From the human T2T-CHM13v2.0 reference genome, Homo sapiens: a DNA stretch of 64,000 nucleotides. Below the pieces are notes generated by a model. The model was not told the DNA's origin, searched no databases, and saw nothing but the letters and a program-made list of their open reading frames with translations. Shown in pieces: positions 29,249-40,647 of the stretch (position 1 is its first letter; every line of letters begins with the position of its first letter). Where the stretch lies: NCBI RefSeq assembly GCF_009914755.1, contig NC_060932.1. One strand, written 5' to 3'. The position numbers were made by a program, and so were the translations under genes.

Positions 29249-30449
29249 CATTTGTATGATTTACATATTATGGTGATTTTTAGGCTCACATATGTTGCAT
29301 TACAGCTGAACTAATTGTATAAGGTTGATGGGGGAAGAGATATAGAACTCTATGTATAGTGTATTAAATCTCTGCATATACAGGAAAATGTTGAAAAACA
29401 TTACAGCAAACAGGGAGTGATAATTTGTTGATGTTCATATTTCATAAGATTTTATGGCCAGTGGTATTTCTAGTATTTCCTCCTCTCTGGGCCAAATATT
29501 TTCTAAGATACCATCTAGTTTCTCTTCCTTTCTTTCTGTGTTAAATTTGCATGATTTTCATTCTAATAAAAAAATTCAGATAGATAGATTAATATCTTAT
29601 TTGTTAAATAAAATGACGTTTTGCTTTCTAGTAATAAAAGTAGAATGCTAAGTGATCCCATAGGTCAAAAGCCAATGGTGTCAAAAGCCAATGGTATGTG
29701 TATTTTGAATTGTCTCTATATAGAGTTGTGGAGAGACTGTTACTACAAATTAATACCAGCTATTACAGAAAGAAAGTAGTTTAATTTTGTAAAATGAATG
29801 TATCGAAATGACAGAGACCTTGGCTAATAACAACATGTATATGGACTTATATATGTTTGGTTTAAAAGTATGGCTAAGTTCCCAGGTATAATAATTATAA
29901 TATTTATGGTATAATATTCTAAAACTCAAAATTAAGCCTTATTCAATTTTTTTTCACATTGGTTACTCACAAGTTATTCTGTAGAAACAGTCTAATATAG
30001 CATACTTTGAAAAAAGTAGGTATACTGTATGATTTTTATTTGAACTTTTAAAAGCGACCTTTTTAAGGTTAAGTTTGTTTGTTTGTGGAGAAATAATGAC
30101 CACTAAGGATGAGGTCATTAAAATTAAATTGAATACATAAGATAATAGGTAAAATTAAAAATTAAATGACATAAGATAATATGTAAAGCTCAATGGCCTT
30201 AACCAGAATTTTCAACTAATGAAAATTCGAGGAAGTAAACTTGCTATGGTGCCACTCTCTTTATTGTTTTGCTATGAAGTGATTTTATCATTGGCCTGTC
30301 CCTGTTATATCTCAGGCTTTGGTAATTCTCAGAATGGATGGTGTGGTTCAGAAAATGTGATGTATTCAGGCTAAAATGTTAAAGCCCTCACTTCACAAAC
30401 TTGCTTTAGAAGATTAAGTGGCTCTAAAAATGCATTTTATTCAAGGTAG

Positions 30450-30990
30450 TGTCAGCAGCCCTTTCAAAGATTGATCTTCAGAGTCCGCTGTCTTCTTTTA
30501 TATGATGCCAAAAAATCTCCTATCAGTTTTCCTTTATTGCATTTACACGTAGACGGTTATAACCTTCATCCAACCTCGCTGTAAATTTAACAACATTAAG
30601 ATCCGATAGAATTGTTACGATCGGGTTTTATTTTTATTCCTCCCCACACGGTGCATTAAGGGTGATCTTCAGCTTCCCAGAAGACACTGTGTTGGCATCA
30701 GCTGTGTTCCATGTCCCAGGCATGGTGCAGGCTGATGCATGCAAGACCTCCTTCTGGCTTAGTCATTCAAAACCAACGAATGTTACATTAACCCAAATCA
30801 ACAAGACTTAGGGCAATTATCAATGATTAATCACTTTCATCAAGTGCGGAAGGGAGTTAAATCTGAGGAAAGATAACCCTTAAAACAAGTCAGTAGAGTA
30901 GAAACCGCGAAGAAGTTTAGAGACGGCTGGGTGCTGTGCACTGCAGGGTTTTTAAATTCAGCCGTGGCATTAACTGGTGTTAGCAAATTA
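30450..30990. promoter_or_regulatory. Candidate cis-regulatory element (enhancer-like, non-repetitive)
   Basis: 14 CpGs in 30481-30965 against about 2 in the next 500 bp. No recognisable repeat. Motifs TTCAAAG (30463-30469), palindromic TGATTAATCA (30824-30833) and AGATAA (30871-30876). Confidence 0.35.
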
Positions 30991-32019
30991 ATTCATTTGT
31001 AAAATAAAATTGTGTATAATTCATCTCAATGTTTATACACACAACAGACATACACACATATGAGGATTAAATAATAAAATTATGTAAATACATTCAATAA
31101 ATGCACTCAATATGGTATCTGGATTTATACACATATGAAATAGGGGAATGTAAAGGTCACGTTAGCTTCACAATAAAGTCTGATATAATAAAAAGAATGA
31201 TTATTACTAAAATATCTTAATGTTTTAACTCTAGGACAATTTTTATCTAATAAATGTTCCTCTATAGGTTTATTAATACTTCTGTGACTCATATCTTACA
31301 TGCTACCACTATTCTAGCCTATACATAGGGTCGACATAGAAATAATTAGACATTCATTTAACTAGTTTGGATATGTGCCTACTATATTCTAGATAATTTC
31401 TAGGTATTGAGAGTAGATTATGGAATAAAACACTAATAAATATTTCCCTCTTGGAATTTGCATCCCAGTACACTATAAGCTAATACACCTAAAATTACTT
31501 TTTCATCTTTGAATCAATGCAAACCTTTCATAGACCACAGACACAGAAGCCACAGTTTTGACAGACATGTTCCAGGTTCTGAAACAGAGAGCAGGGACAG
31601 GTAACACTGACATATTTTGAAGCACAGAGGGCTTGGTGTGAGGTTGTGGTGGAGTCCAAGGTCACTTCTGGATATCAGGTCCTGTGTGAAGGATTGGCCC
31701 TCCTAGGAAAGAACACTGCAGGAAATTAACCCTACCTGAACCTACAGATCGCGGATGGACAGATTTCACACAGCTGGGCTTGGCAAAGCCATCCATCCAA
31801 TCATGTACACAGATCTGTGATACTTCTAATATCCTAGCAAGAAAGAATTCACCACGGGCCAAAAGATCTACTTTGAACTGCACCTGTATAGAGGTTTAGG
31901 TCATGATTTAAGCATGTATCCTAAAAAAGAAAGAACAGACATATAACTCATATAACACACTAATTACCCTCTAGAATGGGGGAAGATAATAGTAATAACA
32001 TGAGTAATAATAATATTGA

Positions 32020-32410
32020 TAATTCTATGAAAAAACTTCAGCTGATAAATTTTATAAATTTGATAAAGTGGACATTTTCATAGAGAAAAAATTAAATTAC
32101 CAAAAGGATTTTAGAAGGATTCGAAAAGCAGAATATCTTTAAATAATTTAAATATCCCCCCAAGAAAGGACACATCAGATTAAAATACTTTTTCTTCAAA
32201 AGTAACTTTTACCAAAACATTTAAGAACATATAACAATGACTTAATAGAAATGAGAAAACAGATCAGGATAATTTTTAAAAGAAGAAAAACTGTGGCAGG
32301 ATAGTACCTGCAAAAAAAAAAAAAAAAAAAAAAAAGAAAATTGAACAGGATCACATACGCATAAAAAGTAAAGCAAAGGTGCAAAAATATCAACTAAAAT
32401 ATTAGCAAAC
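32020..32410 (+). mobile_element. Old L1M ORF2 fragment, host of the L1PA insertion
   Basis: ataaagtggacattttcatagag...aaattaccaaaa...gcaaaaatatcaactaaaatattagcaaac. Confidence 0.65.
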
Positions 32411-32411
32411 A

Positions 32412-35400
32412 GGAAACTGGAGGAGCCAAGTGGCCAACTAGATGCGGCCAGGAGGAGCTTCTCCCACCGAGAGACCAGGCCGTCAGGAAGATCATCACAC
32501 TCTGAGCAGATCATCAGAAAGAAGGCATTGAGAATGGACAGAGGGAGAATGCAGACCCTGGACTGAAAAAGGAGAAATGCGGGACCCCTGAATGGGGTTG
32601 CTGAGCACCAGCACTGGTTCCTGGCCCCTGAGGAGCTCCAAGAGAAGGGGAGAGTTAAGTAGGCATGGAGTGGCTCACTCTTCCCATGGACTTCCAGAAA
32701 CTGAGCCGCAGGAGACCCCGTGACCACTGCAGACATTTGAACTGTCAGAGAGAGCTGCTTAGAGAGTTGACAGGGACAGGACTCCAGCCTGTGCAAAGCC
32801 CAGAGGGTTCGGCATGGGAACAACCGTAGTGGAGCATGGCTAGGGACGTACACCCCTTAAGCTTTTCACACACTTCTAGGTAGCTTTGGCCTTTCTTGAG
32901 TGTCAGACTTGGACTGAAGAGGGTGATCTTGCCCAGAAGATAGGGACAGTCTGATCTGAGCACCTCCTTGTCTGCTGGCCTCTCCCTGAGTCCATGCCTG
33001 TCTGCACCCACTTGCAGCACAGACTCAGATGCCCAGCCAGGGCGCTTCCCAGAAGCCATAGCTCCTTCACTGGCAGACACCATCTGACTTTCAGAAAGCC
33101 TCTGCAGATGGGACTCCATCCACATGCACATACCTGCAGCCTCCCCAAGCTGCTTGCTAGTGCATGCACATAGACCTCACTACGTTGCCACCACCACTGG
33201 TGTGAGCACCCATGTGCATATCCCACTGCCTCACCACCACTGATGCAAGCATGTGCATGGACACCCTAGAACCACCACTCCACCACCTCCAGTACACACA
33301 GACCCAGGTGCTGCAACTCCAGTGAAGCACTTTAGCCAGCAACTCCCATCAAAATTTTGTTGTCAGTGGACCGGGAACAACTCAGCCCCCCAAGTGCAGC
33401 AGATGCTTGACCTCAAGAAACCAGAAAAAAAAAGCCATGTGCCAGGTTTCAGCCCCTCAGTGTTAGAACATTCACTCCAGGAGTGCTGAGCTGAGCCTTG
33501 GCCCCCTGAAATCATCCAGAAATAAAGCCAGCTGACTGAACCCAACTTATACCACAGTGAAATCCTCAAGGTCATCAAAGATTATACAAGCAAAAAGCCC
33601 CACCCAAAGGACAGCAGCTTCAAGGATTACAGGAACATCAGCCACACAAATGAGAAAGAACCAGTGCAAGCACTCTAGCAACTCAAAAAGCCAGAGTGTA
33701 CTGTTACCTCCAAAGGACTGCAGTGGCTCCCCAACAATTGTCCTTAACCACACTGAAATGGCTGACAGATAGACACAGAATTTAGAATTTGTATGGCAAT
33801 GAAGATCATCAAGATTCAAGAGGAAGTGGAAACCCAGTCCAAGGATCTAAGAAATCCAATAAAATGATACAAGAGCTGAATGATAAAATATCCATTTTGA
33901 GAACGAAATTGGTCCAATAAAAAAGAAAAGCTTACTACAAGAAGTTCATGAGATAATTGGAATTATTGATAGTAGAATAGTCCAAGCTGATGAAAGAATC
34001 TGAATTCAAAGATTACTTCGTCAAATCAACTCAGACAAAAATAAAGAAAAAATGAAAATGAATAAACAAAACTGCCAAGAAATATGGGATTAGGTAACGA
34101 AAACAAACCTATGACTCACTGGTGTCCCTGAAAGAAAGAGAGAGAAAGAGTAAGAAACTTGGAAAGCATATTTGAGGATATTGCCCATGAAGGTGTTCCC
34201 AACCTCACTAGAGAGATTGACATTCAAATTCAGGAAATTCAGATAACCCCTTAAAGATATTATACAAGATGATCATCTCCAAAACACATGGTCATCAGAT
34301 TCTCCAAGGTCAATATGAAAAAAAAAAATCAGATCTTTCAGCAGAAACCCTACAAGCTAGAAGAGATTGGGAGCTTACATTCAGCATTCTTAAATAAAAA
34401 AATTCCAACCAAGAATTTCATATCCAGCCAAACTATTCTTCTTAAGTGAAGGAGAAATAAAATCCTTTTCAGACAAGCAAATGCTAAGCAAATTCATTAC
34501 TACTAGACTTGCCTTACAGGAGATCCTTGAAGGACTGCTAAACATGGAAACAAGAGACCATTATGACCATTACTGGCCACCACAAAAATACATAGACTAT
34601 TGACACTGTAAGGCAATTACAGAATCAAGACTATGTAACACCCAGCTAACACTATGATGTCAGGATCAAATACACACATATCAATGTTAACCTTAAATGT
34701 AAATGGGTTAAATTCCCCATTTAAAATGCACAAAGCGGCAAGTTGGATAAAGAAGCAAGAACCAAACATATGCTGTCTTTAAGTGACCCAGCTCACCTGC
34801 AATGACACCCATAGGCTCAAAGTAAAGGCTCTGATGAAAATATATCAAGCAAACAGAAAAAAAGGAGGAGTTCCTATTATTATTGCAGACAAAATAGACT
34901 TTAAACCAACAATAAAAAATCACAAATAGCATTACATAGTAATAAAGCGTTCAATTCCACAAGACTTAACCATTTTAAATAAATAGGCACCCAACACTGG
35001 AACACCCAGGTTCATAATACAAGTTCTTAGGGACCTAAAAAGAGACTTTAATAACCACATATAAGAATGGAAGACAACACGCGACTCACGGTATTAGATC
35101 ATGGACGCAGAAAACTAACAGATATTCAGGAGCTAACCTTAACGTTTAACCAAATAGACCTAAGAGACATCTACAGAAGACTCCACCCAACAAGAATAGA
35201 ATATGTATTCTTTTCATCTGCACATGGCACATAATTGAAAATCAACCACATGCTCAGCCATAAAGCAATACTTACCAAATTTAAAAAAAATATATACCAA
35301 CTACATTCTTGGACCACAGGACAATAAAAATAAAAATGAATACCAAGAAGATCTCTCAAAACCATACTATTCCATGGAAATTAAACAATCTGATCCTAAA

Positions 35401-36730
35401 TTTGACAAAATCAAGCAATAGGGAGAGAATTAACTATTCAATAAATGGTGCTAGGATAACTGGCTTGCTATATGCAGAAGATTGAACCTGGACTCCTCCC
35501 TTACACCATATACAGAAATCAACTCAAGATGGATTAAAGACTTATATGTAAAACTGTAAAACTATAAATGTAAAACTATAAAAAGGCTGAAAGATAACCT
35601 AGGAAATATTCTGGACATAGGACCTGGCAAAGATTTTATGATGAAGATGCCAAAAGCCATAGCAACAAAACCAAAAATTTACAAGTGGGAACTAATTAAA
35701 CTGAAGAGCTTTTGTACAGCAAAGTAAACTATAAACAGCATGAATAGACAGATACATAATGGGAGAAAATATCTGCCAATTATGCATCCAACACAGATCT
35801 AATATCCAGAATCTATAAGGAACTTGAACAAATTAACCAGAATAAAACAACCCCATTAAAAGTGAGCAAAGGACATGAACAGACATTTTTCAAAAGAAGA
35901 CATACATGTGACCAACAAGCATATGAAAAAAATGCTTCACTTCGCTTATTATTAGAGAAATGCAAATCAAAATCACAACGAGATACCATCTCATACCACG
36001 CAAAATGGCTATTATTAAATTTAAAAAAAAACAGACGCTGGCAAAGTCGCAGAGGAAAGGGAAGATTTATACACTACTGGTGGAAATATAAATTAGTTCA
36101 GCCATTGTGGACAGCAATTTGTTGATTTCTCAAAGAACTCAAGGCAGAATTTCTATTCAACTAAGCAATTCCATGATTGGTCATATACCCAAAGGAAAAT
36201 AAATTGCTGTGTCATAAAGACACATGCATGCATATGTTCATTGTAGCACTCTTCACAATAGCAAACACATGGAATCAACCTAAATGTCCATCAATGGTGA
36301 CTGGATAAGGAAAATGTGGTGTATGTATACACCACAGAATACTACACAACCATAAGAAAGAATGAGATTATGTCCCTTGCAGCAAGATGGATGGAACTGG
36401 AGGCCATTATCCTAAGCAAACTAATGCAGGAAAAGAAAACCAAATACTGCATGTACTCACTTATAAGTGAGAGCTAAACATTGAGTACACATGAGCACAA
36501 AGAACAACAGACGCTGGGGCCTACTTGAGGGTGGAGGGTGGGAGGAGGATGAAGATCAAGAAACTACCTATTGGGTACTAAGCTTATTACCTGAGTGGCA
36601 AAACTATTTGTACACCAAACCCCTGTGAAATGTAATTTACCTATAAAATAGACCTTCACATGTACCCCAGAACCCAAAATGAAAGTTGGAGAAAATAATA
36701 AATAAAATAATATAAAGTAAATAAAATAAA
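32412..36730 (+). mobile_element. L1PA15/16-like element, 5' UTR to poly(A), with internal deletions and non-functional ORF1/ORF2
   Basis: GC-rich 5' UTR. ORF1 start MRKNQCKHSSNSKSQS at ~33650. ORF2 start atgatgtcaggatcaaatacacac at ~34653. 3' end aaactacctattgggtact...tacaccaaacccctgtga. Degenerate TSD aaaatattagcaaa / aaaatattggtaca. Confidence 0.93.
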
Positions 36731-36796
36731 ATATTGGTACATAAGTGCACCAGTATGTATCTAAGTTGAAACTGGACTTCTCCCCTGTAGGGAGGG

Positions 36797-36799
36797 GTG

Positions 36800-36838
<39 letters not shown>
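36797..36838. repeat. (TG)n microsatellite
   Basis: About 20 TG units. Confidence 0.95.
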
Positions 36839-36839
<1 letters not shown>

Positions 36840-37009
36840 CCCAAAACTCTTTGTATAGTTTGAGGCTTTTACAACTTCCAGAGTATAAACTCTACAAACA
36901 TAAAATACCCATTTATTTAAAATTTAATTATTTGTATTTCTTAATTGTTCATTATGAGTGATATTTTAATAACATATTTTATTCTTATTTTATTCTTTGT
37001 GTATTTTTA

Positions 37010-37550
37010 TTTAGAAAATTTGCATTTACCTATCTTCAGGTTCACTGGATCATTCCTCAGTTGGGTCAAGTCTACTAATGAATCTTTCAAAGACATTCTT
37101 TATCTCTGTTAGCATACTTTCCATTTATAGCATTTCCAGTTGATTCCTTTACTTTCTCCCTCTCTGTTAAACTTGTATTTTTTGTTGATGCGTGTTGTCT
37201 AGAATTTTCACTACAACCTTTGAAATGTTAATTATTGTTATTTTAAATTCCTGAAGGATAATTCAAACATCTGAAGGATGTTTGGACCTTTTGGGATACA
37301 TTTTAATGGTATATATTTTGATAGTATAAATTTTATATACACATTTTGATAGTATACATTTGATAGTATTCTTCAGATACTATCAAAATGACCAGTAGAA
37401 CTACTCCACTAGGCCTAGTTTTACAGATCATTTTACCTCATGAGTTTTTTTCTTTTTTAAAAAATTTTTTCGTCATTGTGTGTCTGGTACTATTTGGTGG
37501 AAAGTTAGCCATTCTATGAAGGTCAATGTAGATGAGGTTATTAATAATTA
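37010..37550 (-). mobile_element. Old L1M ORF1-region fragment
   Basis: acctatcttcaggttcactg...tcaagtctactaatga...agacattctttatctctgtta is the reverse of L1MC/MD ORF1. Confidence 0.65.
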
Positions 37551-38093
37551 TGTCTACATTTTACCTCGTACTGACTTTTTCTCGACATTTTTAATGAGTG
37601 TCCTTTTATTTACACCCATCACCAATTTCATCTTTGCAGGTAGATAAGTTTCACCTGTCCCCCCGAATGACTTTTGGACATATGCTTCAGTGCCTACAAG
37701 GAGACAGAAACTTTCATTTTTTTCTCTGAAAGTTGACATTTGAAAAATTCAACACTTCAGACCATGACGGTGTCTGCTGTGTCCCAGGAAAGTTATTGAT
37801 GACCTTGTACCAAGGGAGTACCGATCTTTCCCTGGGATTTAACATGCAGTGTTTGCCTGCTCTTGGTTTTCCCATCGAGCAACTAACTTCTCCATGATGT
37901 TTAAGATGCTATGTTGCCATCTCTACTTTCCTACCAAAAAAACAAGCCAGGGTTAACAAAACTCCCTTGGACTCTAAGTTTTAAATTGTTTGTTACTGTT
38001 GGAGGTCAGCTCCACTGGTGAGTTATAACTTTTATCCTTCTAATTCTTCTAATTCCAGTTGTGTCTCAAATTTAGTGATAATCAGTGTTGCAT

Positions 38094-38410
<317 letters not shown>

Positions 38411-39831
38411 TGCTATATTCTATAAAGACTAATCTACACTTATGAAATCATCATCTAGAATTGCAAAGGGTTGATATTACGATAAGGGCACAATAAATTT
38501 CATATTTGGCCAAATGAATAAATTTGCTTATTGAAAATAACCTTTCCAGAAAGTAATTTTTCCCATTATATATATTGAGTCTACAGGTATTTTGGGATAT
38601 ATTTTTGCATTATTACCAATCAGCTACAAGAAGTAATACCACTTCTACAGTCATATTATTTGGTTAATATTTAATATTTTAGTTTTTTGCCTTTTTTTCT
38701 CCTTTTCAAAGATCTACCATATTAATTCTCTAAGAAATATAAAGAGAAACAAACATCCGACTCCTTTCTTGTAAATGGTGATCAGAAACTTTAGACATGA
38801 GGAGTACATGTCCCTGGTTATTTAAGTAAGTTTCTTGAGCTGGAATGTAATTCTAAGCACAACACAATGCTGTCTTCGTGCCTACGCTGCTGCCACAGTA
38901 TCCAGAATTGACATTACACAGATCACGCTTCCTTGATTCATTTCAGCGTGTTTGCACATTGAAAACTGAGAGAAATGTTGGCAAAGGCATTATGAGCCAA
39001 TTCATACACAGAGCTTCTGCCTGAGGAAGTAGTCCCTATTTCACTTTAGGCAAATGGTACTTGATCAAATTTTATGAAAGCAGCAAAGACATAGTGGCAC
39101 CCATTAGTCAGGGCAAATGAAAGGGCATCAGATTGCTTCTGTGCACCTTGCTTTTAAGTTGGTAGTTGATACCATCATGTTCTTAAGAACTCCAGACACT
39201 TATCCTAATCCTGTCTTCCAATACCTTTTTGTTGAGTAAAAATACAAATAAACACAAGGGTAAGACGTTTGACATTTTGACTTCTATGTCCTCTCTCACT
39301 ACAGGAAGCAAGACTTACTTCAAAAGCACTAACTAGATTACTCCCCCACTCTACACACAGAAAGCTTCTTTAATCTTTCTTGGATTTAGAGTCAATTTAA
39401 AGGGTATCCTCAACTTTGCAGTAATTTGATAGGGTTTTTGTGAATCCCTTGTAAGCAACAAATAAGTAGATAAAACTTTCACTCGATAACTGCTAGTATG
39501 GCCAAATTCATAAAGAAATGATGTTGAAGATTTATGGTGAGGTGATGGAAAGGTGACGCCCCAACAAGCCAGCATTTGCACAGTTGGCGTAACGCATGGA
39601 AAACAAGTCTGCAAGACAAATATTTCAGTCTGTTCTATATTACCCTAAAAAGTATCACATTGCTGAAGTCTACATATGACAATTATGTATTACAAGTAAA
39701 GTTCCTATTTTTAAAATTTTTAAACATTTTACATGAAATCTGGATTCCTTAGTGCCTATCATTTTATAAAATAATTAATAATTTAGATTTTTTCTATTTA
39801 TTTTGAAACATTTTCAGTAATTTTCCCAACA

Positions 39832-39834
<3 letters not shown>

Positions 39835-39868
<34 letters not shown>
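39835..39868. repeat. (CA)n microsatellite
   Basis: About 17 CA units. Confidence 0.95.
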
Positions 39869-39870
<2 letters not shown>

Positions 39871-40263
39871 TTGCTCTCTGCTTCTATGTTAATGCAACTT
39901 TTTACTAATCACACTTTGACGTTTCTACAAGTAAGGATGCTTAATGTTGAAAGTTCAGAAGTTTACACAAGCAAAACCTATATGTCTCCTGGGAAAATTT
40001 CACTGTAACATTTCAGAAGGAGATTGCCATGAAACGCAGCTGTCTTCCTTGAGTGATGTCTGGAGCAGTCGCGTCAATGGTGGGCTACTCAGCTTGGGAC
40101 TATCCATGTGCACAAGGAGCCACAGAAAAAGATGATTACATACCTGTTTTATAGGGCACAAGTCTTATAGGAGAAAAACTGAGAGAGAAAGGAAATATGG
40201 CATTTCTAAACCAAACTGGAATTATGTAACTTTTAAAAAGATAATACATCTGCAAGATTTCAC

Positions 40264-40275
40264 TTTTTCTTTTCT

Positions 40276-40327
<52 letters not shown>

Positions 40328-40647
40328 TATTTCTTTTTTTTGTTTTTGAGACAGAGTCTCACTCTGTCATCCAGGCAGGAGTGCAGTGGTGTGATCTGGG
40401 ATCTGGGATCACTGCAACCTCTGCTTCCTTGGTTCAGGCAATTCTTATGCCTCAGCCTCCCATCTAGCTGGGATTACAAACGCCCACCACCATGCCCAGC
40501 TATTTTTTTTTTTTTTCTATTTTTAGTAGAAACGGGGTTTCACCATGTTAGCTGCCAGGCTGGTCTTGAATTTCTGACCTCGAGTGATCCACCCGCCTCG
40601 GACTCCCAAAGTCCTGGGATTACAGGCATGGGCCACGAAGCCTGGCC
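40264..40647 (-). mobile_element. AluS with an expanded (TTTC)n tail
   Basis: Reverse Alu preceded by about 12 TTTC units. Degenerate TSD aagatttcactttttct / aatatttgcctttttct. Confidence 0.95.

Noticed and set aside
32242-33226. Longest ORFs (203, 128 and 107 aa, minus strand) as protein-coding genes
   Set aside because: They are antisense to a GC-rich L1 5' UTR, one runs through a poly(A) tract (poly-Phe), and no domain is recognisable.
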